Source: Antedon mediterranea
Taxonomy: Eukaryota; Animalia; Echinodermata
DNA length: 64,000 nt
Assembly: GCF_964355755.1 (NCBI RefSeq)
Contig: NC_092672.1
Coordinates: 22,333,237-22,397,236, forward strand
Reading direction: 5' to 3'
Under the pieces are notes generated by a model, which saw nothing but the letters and a program-made list of their open reading frames with translations, was not told the origin of the DNA and ran no database searches. The translations under genes and the position numbers were made by a program. Below are positions 50,056-62,900 of this stretch, one piece after another; position 1 is the first letter of the stretch; every line of letters begins with the position of its first letter.

Positions 50056-51712
50056 GGCTAGTGTTGCCCATAATAATAATAATAATAATTTATTTGGAGA
50101 TTACACTTTTACAACAGTGGCACTCGACCAAATGGAAGGTGCATCCATATATTATCCTATAATTAAATACGATTTAATGTGGCTTTACTTTTATATATTA
50201 TAATAATATTTTATAATTATTCATTTTAACGGCACTTTGATAAAACAATGTTATATATCATACTATTGCACCTTTATTCATGGGGTGACCTACTATAACC
50301 TTACACTATTATGGAAAAAAAGAAAAAAAAAACAAATAAGAATTGTGAAAGTTAACCCAATGTATCACAGGTGTGACTTGGCTACACAATTGAAAAATTC
50401 ATTATATAATAATATCATGTGCATGCAAAAACAAAATTGTATTATTAAATGTGCATATCATTTATTTGTCTAATATAATTTTATATATTAGTTTAATTTA
50501 TTTTTCTAACGCCTAGTTTGACAGGCCAACTTTGAAATTGAAATAATCTTTTCGTTCGACACAATATTTCAGAGATACGTGAACATTTGATGATGGTCTA
50601 TCCGATATGACTTTGTTTTTTTGTACATAAAAAGTGGACAATTTTGGTTTAGATCAATGAATGCTTAAAATTGTTTTTTTTTTTGTGCTATATTTTTCAA
50701 GTTGATATCTGGAATACTATCAATGCTTTTATCTTATAATACGCGATATATTCATATTTTTTTACAAGAAAATAAAGTATTGATCACTAGCTTGTTTTTA
50801 TGTATTTAATAACTATTCTAAGTTCATTTTAAATAGGCGTATGTTTATATTTTAATGATTCATGGTAAACAATTATAAACAGCTTCAATATTACACAGTA
50901 GGTTATTCAAAAGAGACGCACAATTTATACGGACGTGTTTTTAACGACAAAATTGACCAATCAAAATGGAAATAGTCAAAATACAATAATTTTATGTTCA
51001 TTGGCTACCCCACCAACAACCTAAACTTCAAATAATAAAAGATCCCTGTAATACTGTATTTAAAAAAAAGCATATTTGCAACCGAAATGTCTTATAAATA
51101 TAATATAAATTTACAATTATACAAAACAATATACAACTGCTTATAAAAAAGGAATTTAATTCAAGAATTTTAATTTAGTTAAAATATCAGGATTTCTTAC
51201 TTCAATTTGATGTTTCCTTTAGAGGCGCTAAACTTTTGAATATATGATTTATTTATTTTTTGGTCATATGTTTTTTATATCATGTTATTATGTTATGTGC
51301 AAATAAAGTATTTACATAGTTGATATATATATATATATATATATTATGCAGTGTAGCATAGGTGAAATTACGGGAGCCCAATATGAATTAGTTTGAAATG
51401 GTAAAAATTATTTTACTACAGTATAAGTAGATTAAAATATATAAATTAATCTATGAAAATGATTATATATTACTGGCAGATTTTATCGATCTCTATCGTG
51501 CAAATAATACTCGTTATCGATATGAAATACGATTTGCACTTGAGTTTTTCTTCCTGCTGATCTGTAGCTTTAGTATAAACAATGTGAACAATGCCCAAAC
51601 AGGGAGTTGACTAATAACTCCCTGGCCCAAATAAAAGATCGTAACAGTGTGAAAGTGCGTCACTCGTCGCCCAACATTGTTTGTGATCACTTCGTTATCG
51701 CATTTGATAAAA

Positions 51713-54700
51713 ATGGACTGGAGGTTTTGTGTAGAGGAAGACAACATTGCTTATCTAATAATTAATAACACTAGGGCAATAAAGCATTCTGATGGTGAAC
51801 AGTTAGGCAAGGTTATAAAATTTACCAAAACAACTAAAGGCAAAAACTGGCTTAAGGTAAGATTGTTGTGTTCTTCTAAATAATATAATTTTCTTTTAAT
51901 GTTTTTAGGGAACCATTCTTCACCAGTCTTATTACTTTATACAGATGTTTTATTTTCCATTTTGCAGTTTTAAAAAGTGTTTCAAGCCACGCAATTATTA
52001 GTTTTATTAGTATTTTCCCAGGGGCACAATCTTCAGCTGTTTAATAGGCCTATTATATTTGGATTTTATAGGCTTTCTGATTATAATATATATTATGATT
52101 TATTCGATTATTTATTTCATCTAATTCATTGAAATGTTGTTTCAGGCCTAAAACTAAATTGTAATATATCTTTACTATAGGACCATTGATACTAATTTTG
52201 TTGACCATTTTTTTAACATGAAAGTTTTATATATGATTTAAAAAATGCATTTTCATCAAGAGCACCAACACTGAATATTAGGGTGTAGTGTGTAGACTTA
52301 CCAACTATATAAATTTTTATGTTTAGTTATTTATTTAATTAAAAACAAATTTGCAATACTATAGATTGTTACAGAAGAAAGCGACTGTAGTAGTACGCTT
52401 GCTGCAACCAAAGTATTGTGGAGCAAATTCAAACCGGACGAAAATTGCCCATTTTGCAAATGCAAGACAATTGACGACCTTACCAAAACATTGCAAACAT
52501 TACGAAAGCGAAAAGCTCAAGATGCTGAAAACTTAACACAAAGAGAACAAGAATTAACATAAAGACAATCGACGAAACAATCAAAGAAAAGATCATTGGT
52601 TAGTATATGAAACATTTGTTATTGAAGTTACATACTGTACCATGCCCCATGGACAAGCATAATTATTATCTGCTTTTGTTACTGTAGTTTACAATTAAAC
52701 AAACGTTACTGTTTTATATTTTTTCAAATGTTTTGTTGAATATGTCACATAATAGTTATTCACTTTGATCTTGGATAACAAAAACTGTAATTTTAAACAT
52801 AACTCACAATAACTATAGGCCTAACCATGATTAGATTTAATGTATCTACAATTCGTTACGTTAAATTAGTATAATCTGGCTAGATAAGTAATTATACGTA
52901 CTAGGCCTATTAAAATATAAAGCGGATGAACACATTTTTCGAAGATGAACGAACTAAAGATATTTTGAACACAGGTTTTAACTTCTTATAGTTACTCTAT
53001 TTTCTATTTGTTTTATTGTTATTTAAGTTTCAAACAGTTATTATAAAACGCATAAATAGATTCCGGTCATTCGATTGGACAATTTTCTTTCACATGACTA
53101 CTACTAGCCTTGCAAACCCAGACCTAGGCCGGATGCTAACATACACTAGGCCTAACCTTCCTAGATATTGTGCAAAATACCTATATAAATTCAAAATTAA
53201 CTAAAATATAAAAAATAACATGTGCAGGGTGATCTCCATGCACTTAAGCAAGCAGGGGGTGATGATGTCCTGACACTACCTAGGCCTAGACTAAATGGCC
53301 TATACTGTATGGCAACGTTAAATTTTTAGGATATATATTGTTATTTAAAAAATAAAACTAATATTAAAATATAATGTCAATCATTTTTTGTAATTCATAT
53401 AATTTAATAATGTATCCTTTTTCTGAAAATGTCCAACTTTTTATGTAAAACAATTTTTTAAAATGTTTTTTACTGATGTCGCAACTTGCAATTACTGTGG
53501 AATTCCCCATTTTAGTAAAAAATAAAATTGGTTTATTAAATATAAAAATCCTATCATAATAATAATACAATGACATATTTATATTAAGTTGTTTCATATT
53601 AGAATTGTGAAATACAGGTAAATGATTTCACTAAATTGTAGTAGTAGGCTGACATTATTAGTCACCGACACCCAGATTAGCCAGGACATAAGATTACTAC
53701 GATGCTTGATCTAAATCCTGGGGAGAATACTTCCTTGTTGTATAATCATAAGATGTAATATTTAACAAACTGTCATTTTACCTTTATAGGTCTAGTTGCT
53801 GTGCCAAGAAGTTCGATAGTAGCGCTGCCATCGGACTTACTACTTCGCAAGATCGACCAAGATTTTGTTAAAAAAATTCAAGAAACGCTTACAAAGGACG
53901 GTCTGGTGAACACGATACTACCTGTATTGCTTAATAAAGAACATTACGATTTCTTTAACAAACAAGAATACGAGAAGTGTATTTTTTATTCACTTGGCGG
54001 AAATCATTTAAGAACAGCACTATCAACAATGAGTGAGAATATATTTAAACAATTAGAAGTGGCAGTCTATTTTGATCTAACAAAAACTGAATCACTACGT
54101 GTGGCATCTCGACATAATTTCGTCACAGGTAATACTCACCAAGCAACTTTTGAAGACAACGTTGCAGTATGCCGTAACCTTTTGCAAGATTACAATGACA
54201 AAGATGCCAAAACGACTTCGACATGGAGGAGAAAGTGTGCAGAGGCAATTGGCAAACAATCGTTCGAAAAAAAGGTATTATTAATATTATTTAAACAAGT
54301 TATTTAGGACTCTAATATATAAAGTTGTAATTAATAATGTAATGGTGATATAATTAATAATAATGTTGTAATTAATAATAATATATAATAAATAAGGATA
54401 TTAACAATAATAAAAAGATAATAACGATAATAATAAATAAGGATAGTAATAATAAATAATAACGTTGTATTGCAGATAATATCGTCCATGGAACCGATGT
54501 TCCAAGTATCATTGTATACGGACCGATGCTACACAAAGGTTACCAAGCTGTTTGCCCAGTATAATGCAGGAACGGTAAAGGATTCCAAACCCGGAAAGCA
54601 ATTGAAGCAGTCGGTAGGTTTCTTACATTTATTTTCTGTCACATTTATTCTCTCAATAAATAGCAATTACTGGTGTATGCTTTTTTTTTGGCAAAAACAA

Positions 54701-57680
54701 ACAAGCAAGAAACACAATCAGTTAATTATTAGTCTCAGTCACTTGCGGTAGAAACAACGCGTCTTCATTCAAAGGGTTAATAACTTTGTAAAAAACAATC
54801 TATTATTTATTAATTTATTTATTTTATACAGTTGTCAACCAACAGCGATGAAACCGCCACTAACAGGTTAAATCTAAACATAACAAACTATAAAAATGTA
54901 TTCAAATTAGGCCTAATTTATTATAAAAAAAAACATTTTAAAATAGGCCTGTTTTTTCTAAAGGGGGGGGGGGGAGTGTGATTAACTTTGTTAAAACTAA
55001 AAAATGGCCTATTCAAAAATGATATGACGTGCATTAACAATTGTTTTGTTTTCTTCAATTGTTATCCACACGAGAGAAATGTTTATACTGAACCTCTTGG
55101 ACCCTTATTGGAACGCTTTATTATTTGTTATCAGTATTGTGACTAAACATTTTTTTACAATTCTATAGTTCTTCATGACACTACAAGGCCTGTCGGAAGA
55201 AGACAAGTTTGAATTGCTGTCATCTGTAACAGACGGAACAATGTCCATTAAAGAGGTTGAAAATAAAGCACGGTCGATTAAGCAGATAAAGGTGATCAGA
55301 GGAAAATTTTTGACAACTATTAAAGTACTGACATGGAAGGAAGCGACCGAAAGATTTCCGGAGCACACGACCGATTCTGCTCTTCGGCCTTTTTTAACAA
55401 CAAGTAAGGTTACTATGTTACTAATAGAATTCAGTCGCTGTATTTGTGCTATATTTCTAAAACCAAGTCCCACTCTGTCAGATTTTAAAAATTCGTACAA
55501 AATTGAAACAATTTAATATTATGCAGTTCGATGCAAAGGTACTTTATTCACACAAAACTACTATCCCTTATAGAAATTAAAATATTGAATAAATAATAAT
55601 AAAAACATTTTAATACATTTCTTTTGAAAGGGAAGTTATCTAAAAGCGAAATTCCACCAGGTTTATTCATGCATTGTCAAGATGCTCTGTTTTGGGAGGA
55701 ACAAAGGCAAAGCCTCAAGCGTCAACAGTTGATATTTTAACAGAAGATGGAACAAGATCAAAGTGTCAAGTTATGTCTGGGCCGTTTATTGGCAGAAAAT
55801 TGACAGATATTGCCAATTCCAGTAATATGGGGTTACATCGTGGCCTGCTCGTACTGACAGAGGTTTGATATATTTTAAATATTTTATATTGTTTTGTATA
55901 TTTGTAATTCATTCTATAGTGAGGGGTTTTCAAATTTGAAACTAAATTGTTTTTTTACGGCCTATCAATGTGGCTTTACTAAGAAAGATTTTAATAGATT
56001 TATATAAACAACAGAACAAATATTCAAACTGTTTTTAGAGATTATATATATTATTTTATAATTCTACCCATTCTAACTGACCCCCCGAAGCCTGACACAT
56101 GCAATTTTTGCATAACACAGTAACATTGAGACTGCACTGGTTTTGTTACTGGTTTTGTTACTGTTGTTATTCTTATTATATTATTTTTTCTATGCTTTTT
56201 TTTGTAGAAATGTGAAAAAGAAATGCTGATTTCTGATGTCATCGTAGTTGTTTGCAATGACGAGGACCTGCTATACAATATGACTATTTTAAAAGACAAT
56301 GATAGAGTCATGCAAGTACAGTATTGGTATTGCGAAGAACAAGGTATACCCAGTTTGTTATTGTATTTACAAATATAGTTCAGTCATTTTTATTCAATTA
56401 TAAATATAGGTCAATCATTGATTGGCAGTCTACTAAAAAATGTTCACCAATTTGCAATACTAACTGCTTTTTGGTATGAGGTGGATGGTGAGGTAATGGG
56501 GTTATTTCTTCTTGTTTCTAATAAAAGAAAAAAAAAAGAAATGTACCATTGATATTATTATTATTATATTCAAATATACAGGAAAGTTAATTTAAGTATG
56601 TAGGCCTACAGTTTAATGATGATTCATATTTTTTTTAGACACCATTCGCACGTTATTAGTAAGCCCTCAACACGAACGCATGATGAATGGAATTGGTGGC
56701 GTCATTAAGGCTAAGTCACTAGAACCGCTAATTAAGCAACTAGTGACAAGGCATAGCAGAGAAGGTCACTTAGTTGTAAATTGCCTAGGATGGAATGGTA
56801 AATAATACATTTATACCATAACTCATAATAATCATTCATTGATGTTAACCAAAAACATACCGCGTGACAATTGGGCATGTCGCTAAAATCCAATCAAATG
56901 GGAAAAATTCTTGTTCTTTGAGTCATTACTATTGTCGTTTGTACAAACGACATTAATGAACTAACAAAATATTTTAATATTCAATTGAAATCTATTTTAT
57001 TGTTATTATAATTACAGTGTTCAAGGAAATAATTTTGCAACGGCGCAATTGTATAACCTTGCTCGAGAATGATGGGGAATCTGAATTAAGATCCAGATTA
57101 GTTCGTTTCAAAGAAGAAATTGAAAACAGCATTCAGCTTGAAAATGGAGCCCAATCGGATGGTAAGTTTAAGTTAAATTAACTTTATTGTTTATCTATTG
57201 TCATGGATGCTAATACGAAGAACAATATACAAGCGATATTGTATACATTCAAGTCGCAATACAATGCTGATGATTTGATGTTTGTAGTGCAATATACTGC
57301 TACTTTTTGTTCAGGAATTTTAAAACGGCATATTAAGCTGTATTCTCATAACTTGGACGGCATACTATGCTATCTGTATTGTAAACTTGTATAAACACAG
57401 CCCATGCATTTAATTTTTAATCAATATTCAAAATACCCATAATCAATTTCTGACCCAATTTGAAACATATAGTAATACAAATTTAAAAAAAGAGATTCTC
57501 TATTTTAAAATTTTGTTTACACAGAGCTTCTAAAAAAATTATACAACTATTTAGAGGTCTATTAAATAATAGGGCCTTGGTTTATTCATCATTTCAGATG
57601 AGGACGACAGTACAGATGAGGAGGTTGAAGATAATGCGGAGATGGCAAATGAGGAGGACGACTACACATTTCCGGGGTGA
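51713..57680 (+). pseudogene. Multi-exon gene: ParB/Srx-like domain + helical region + degenerate beta-class N6/N4 DNA-methyltransferase-like C-terminus + acidic tail; approximate exons 51713-51856, 52366-52598, 53790-54274, 54476-54613, 55169-55403, 55631-55862, 56208-56343, 56410-56487, 56639-56797, 57018-57161, 57598-57680
   Basis: LLRKIDQDFVKKIQETL...YSLGGNHLRTAL (ParB GxxR box). Spliced C-terminus QYWYCEE...LKNVHQFAIL...AKSLEPLIKQLVTRHSREGHLVVNCLGWNVFKEIILQRRNCITLLEND...RL. Phase-compatible GT-AG junctions; apparent 1-nt frameshifts near 52555 and 55680. Confidence 0.75.
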
Positions 57681-57829
57681 AAATAGCATTCATGATACTG
57701 GACACATGCCTTGCAGTCACATTTTATATAACTTTTCAAATTAATTTATTAAATTTATTCTGTGCCTTGTGATGTTTATATATATACTGTATATACAATT
57801 GAGAGACTAGTACTGTTCCGCCGTACTAC

Positions 57830-57897
57830 GACAGTGGTCTAATGGTCATCTGCATATCAAGCAGAATGTTCCGGGTTCGGACCTTGGATTGGGCATT
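57830..57897 (+). pseudogene. tRNA-like SINE head remnant
   Basis: A box TGGTCTAATGG and B box GGTTCGGACC at tRNA-like spacing. Confidence 0.45.
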
Positions 57898-58110
57898 CTC
57901 ACTGATTTCCTCATCTTTATCGTTTAAAATTAAATAATTAAATTTCACTGGGCGGTTTAGAATTATTCTGTGCCTGTGAAATGTATATATCTTTTAAATA
58001 TTTTCTACTACAATCACGTATAAATAGTTAGTAATGCATACAATACTTATTTTACTAGAAGCCGAGTTTAATTCATTCTAAATTAATAACCAGTGTTAGT
58101 GAATAAATAG

Positions 58111-58664
58111 TTAAAGATGTATTGTCCCTTTGACTAATTCCAAAAAAATAAAAAATAACAGATTTCGAAAAAAGGGGGGTCATTTTGAAGTATCATAATA
58201 ATTATTAACTATCACCAAACATTTTTCGAAAAAAAAAAAATTTAACTGAAATACAGACGTTTTTTTGTTAAAAAAATAACTTTGACTTCCAGTCAAAGTT
58301 TTCGATCAAAACATATCCCATAATGAAATGCGCTTGTTTGGCTACTCTGTATGCATAATCATAAAACTTCCTCGCGATCTGTGTGAAAACACCTTCTCAA
58401 TCGTGACGAGTTGTAAACAATCCTAATTAGCATCATGCATAATGCGTACTCGTGGTTTGAAATGTTTGTTTACTTTCGCTCGCGACGATTTTCTAGACAA
58501 ATGTAATCAAACTAATTTACCTGTTAATTACGTAAACTTGTTGCTTTTGGCTTGAATTTTCGACTTAAAGTGAATAACTTTAATATTACTTTGATATGGC
58601 CAATTTAAATTTAGAATATTTTGACCTTCATTTTTTTGTGTTTCAAGGGACAATGCATCTTTAA
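58111..58664. mobile_element. TTAA-flanked MITE of the same Kolobok-like TIR family as 5791-8643
   Basis: TTAA-AGATGTATTGTCCCTT ... AAGGGACAATGCATCT-TTAA. Confidence 0.85.
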
Positions 58665-58813
58665 AATTTATCAGTTCTTTAATTCTTTGATGTACGGCTG
58701 AGAAAAAACACCTTATGAGTGTATTCATGTTTTGTCATTAATAAAAAGCTTGTATAGCACACTAAAACTTTGTCTACTAATTATTTTTACAGAGAAATTC
58801 TTGTATTTCTGAA

Positions 58814-59199
58814 GTCATAAATTTTATGACCTAATGGCAGCTTCACAATCATGTCATAAATATTATGACTTATGTGAAAATAGTCAATACCTTGAAGCCC
58901 GGAAATCACAGCCTCATGTACTATAACCAGCGTATTCCGAGACATAACATGTAGTTTTAAATTGTCATAAATTTTATGACCTAATGACTGCTAAATTAAT
59001 GTCATAAATATTATGACTTATGTGAAAATAGTCAATACTGTACCAGGAAGCCCCGAAATTAGTGCTTCCTGTACTATACACTATAACTAGCGTATTCCGA
59101 GACTTAACATGTACCTTTAAATTGTCATAAATGTTATGACCTAATGACTGCTAATTAATAATGTCATAAATATTATGACTTATGTGAAAATAGTCAATA
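58814..59199. repeat. About 150-160-bp tandem unit x ~2.5 carrying six copies of palindrome GTCATAAATNTTATGAC in pairs
   Basis: Palindromes at 58814, 58853, 58964, 59001, 59124 and 59163. Confidence 0.93.
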
Positions 59200-59957
59200 G
59201 GCAGCTACCATGTCGCTCGAATAATACACGCTGTTATCTGCTGTATAAAGCCCATCACTTTATAACTTTTTTGTTGAATCTAATATATTATTACTGAGTA
59301 TAAGGTGGTTAGGAGCTAATAATACTAAGCTTTAGAGCTGAGTGGAAATGGGCCGCTACTACTGGTAATTACACCAAAGTGTTTTGTGTATGATAATCGA
59401 AGTGCAGCTAGCTCTGCCAACAAATGCATGGATTAATACATTCATTTATAAAAATAGTTTTTAACACTCAGCTAGCTTTTATCTTATTATCATAAATGAA
59501 AACAAAAAAGAATTGCCATTTTCAACTACAAATAAAAACATATCATCCAAACTAATAAACAGAAAAAAGAAACAATTATTCAATCAATATTATAGTTTAT
59601 CGTTAAAGTAAGTTGATATATTTATGTTTCATTATACATTGTATTAAACTAGTTAATGTCGATGTATACATTTATATAAAACAAGGTTTTGTTTATTAAT
59701 TTCTCAGCGTTACTAAAATCAAAATATAAAACAAAACAAATTATACGGCAAGTTTATGCAAATAAAAATAATTATAAGAGGAAATGTTTGTTATCGCTAA
59801 ATTGTAGTATTTTGATAATATTGAAATCGATAAAAATCAAAATATGCATATTTTACGATTTTGTATACATTTTAGCTATGAATGGCCAAAATTAAAGTAA
59901 AGGTCGATTTTGTTGAATCTACACAGACGTATAATGTTTGTACTGAAAATAAAACGT

Positions 59958-62900
59958 GCTGGTTGAGAATTGAAATGTTTGGATAAAAGAGAAGAAAATT
60001 AAATGAGTTATTACAACAGGATATGTCATTTTTTTTGTCACCAGTATGTAGATTTAGGAGGACACTTTTATATAGTTTAACTCTATTTCCTTTAACATAA
60101 CATGTTTGATAGCCTGATAAGTTTAGTAGACTTCTTTATTGATTTATTGACTGAATTGATTTATGTAGGTCTGTCAGTCTTTTAAACAGGTAACAGGTTA
60201 GATCTAGTATACCAATTGATTTCTGTAGGTCTGTCAGTCTTTTAAACATGTTACAGGTTAGATCTAGTATACCAATTTATTCCTGTAGGTCTGTCAGTCT
60301 GGTAAACATTTATCACATTAGATCTGATATATCAATTGATTTCTATAGGTCTTTCAGTCTTGTAAACATTTATCACATTAGATCTTATATACCAATTTAT
60401 TCCTGTAGGTCTGTCAGTCTTTTAAACAGGTCACAGGTTAGATCTAGTATACCAACAGCAGTACAACCTACAGGAATCAATTGGTATATCAGATCTAATG
60501 TGATAAATGTCTAAAAGACTGACAGACCTACAGAAATAAATTGGTATATCAGATCTAACCTGTTACCTGTTTAAAAGACTGACAGATCTACAGGAATCAA
60601 TTGGTATATAAGATCTAACCTGTTACATGTTTAAAAGATTGACAGTCCTACAGAAATCAATTGGTATATCAGATCTAACTGTTTAAAAGACTGACAGACC
60701 TACAGAAATCAATTGGTATACCAGATCTAACCTGTTACATGTTTAAAAGACTGACAGACCTACAGAAATCAATTGGTATATCAGATCTAACATGTTACAT
60801 GTTTAAAAGACTAATAGACCTACAGGAATCAATTGGTATATCAGATCTAACCTGTTAAATGTCTAAAAGACTGACATACCTACAGAAATCAATTGGTATA
60901 TCAGATCTAACATGTTACATATTTAAAAGACTAATAGACCTACAGGAATCAATTGGTATATCAGATCTAACCTGTTACATGTTTAAAAGACTGACAGACC
61001 TATAGAAATCTATTGGTATATCAGATCTAAGGTTGTGTTAAATGTTTTACTATTTTTTCTGTCTTAACTTTCAGTCCTGTAGTTATCATACTAAGAATTG
61101 TCCTCATATGTGTAGACATTAAATTAAAATACTATTTAATATTTTTGGCTAAAATAGCAATTATTTGCTAATAAAAACTGAGCTGAGCTTGTTTCCCTCT
61201 AGTACTTTTTAGGGGTTCTATAGAAATTTAATAACATAACTCTAAAGGAAATTCCACAGAGTATTGTGAATTGTACATCAACAGAAAAAAGCGCATAGAC
61301 CGTGCAAAAGTTGTTGTGACATCATAGCTAAAGTCAATAAGCATATTATGTGAATGAACACTAAATATGAAAATAGACTGTAAGGAGTGGTAGGCAGTTG
61401 GTGCTACAAATTGGTTGAATTTTGAGTTGATTGGTAAAGTCAGTATAGTTATCAAGATTTCAAGTTGAGTCTGTAATTTGTAAATTTGCATTGTTTGTAG
61501 TTCATATTAAAGCAAGAAATACTACCCTAACTATTATCAGATAAATTTATTTACAAATTTGTAATTAGGTGATCATTTAGAATAAAATGATCACCTATTG
61601 TTATTGTATGAAATCTTTATTCTTCTTCTTATTCTTATTATTTATTTCTCTCTGTACAAATTTGTGTAACAATTATCTCAAAAAGTTTAATGTAAATGAT
61701 TACCAAAATTTTACAATGTCTTTCAAATACTGTAACTTAGTCCTAATAAGCTTTTCAGCGTGATCACTCATCCATGACGTCGCGTATACGCCATTTTGTG
61801 AAATCACATTGTCAATCATATCTCCATAATTCATTATCACATATTAATGAAATTCACTACACGTAAACTTCAGGTCAAAGGTAAAAGTATTAGCAAATAA
61901 AAAATTGCGTGTTTCAAGGTCATGCGCGTGAAATCGCGCATTAAAATTTTAAAAAGCTCAAAATTAAGTTTTGATCAATTTAGAGCATGAAATAGGCCAT
62001 TTGCGTGTTTCAAAAAATTACTGCGCAAAAACACATTTTTGCGCACGCGATTTTTGAAAAGGGTAAAAAATAAAATTTGATGTATACATCATATTCTACT
62101 CACAATCCTTAGTACATTCTCCGACTTTGAGTCCATTCCGACTTAAAATAACGCTATACGAGCACGTTAAAAATGACAAAATGCGCACATTAATTGTACA
62201 AAAGTGCTAAAAATGGTAAAAAATAAGGCCTTTTTAAAATGAATATAACTCTTCAGAATGGCAGTTGACCCCCAATTTTTTTAACTTATTATGGAAGCCA
62301 ATAAGTTGTAGATATAAATATATATACATATTAGACGTACAAAATGGTATGACGTCATGAAATGGCCACTTGAATTTAAAAATTAGTAATTTTTATCTTT
62401 TTGTGTGGGTTATCACATTCAATAGAGCGCATCTCCGTTATTTGAGCCCGATTTTTGCAGATATTTTAGTATGTGCTTGCTCAATTAATTATCTTTCTTG
62501 TGAGTTGTCAACATTTTTATTGTGATGACGTCATCACGCGTAAAAACTTGAATAACCTAGGTCGTGTAATTTCAGCTACACCATACATTTGAATATCTTA
62601 TAGCTCCTCAGAATTAAAGGTGACCTTGAAGATTATAATTTATTATGAAAGCTGATGAAATGTAGATATGAATTCATATCAAAATTAAGCCTATCGGATG
62701 TTGTGATGTTATCATATGGCCAGTTGAAGTTAAAAAGTAGTTTTTAAATTTCTTTAGTCGAAGTTATACAAATTTCAAAGAGCGCGCATTGCGCTTCTAC
62801 GTGTCAAATTCTCTTCCAATCCTTATATTTATTTGCTCAATTCATTATCTTTCGAAATTGTCATCTTCGAGTTTATTTTGATAATTCCATCATACCAAAA

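Larger units (their letters stand above)
33781..59958. mobile_element. Candidate giant (~26 kb) two-gene DNA transposon: Sola-like transposase + ParB/pseudo-methyltransferase, with subterminal palindrome arrays
   Basis: Two independent homology breakpoints read CACGATTT... and ...AAAACGTG; shared 17-bp palindrome arrays near both ends; two divergent genes inside. No long TIR or short TSD seen, so the ends are inferred. Confidence 0.55.

Noticed and set aside
56070-56100. ILTDPPK as the catalytic DPPY motif of the MTase-like gene
   Set aside because: It lies in a predicted intron with no convincing splice sites, and the flanking exons join in frame without it; worth rechecking with RNA-seq.
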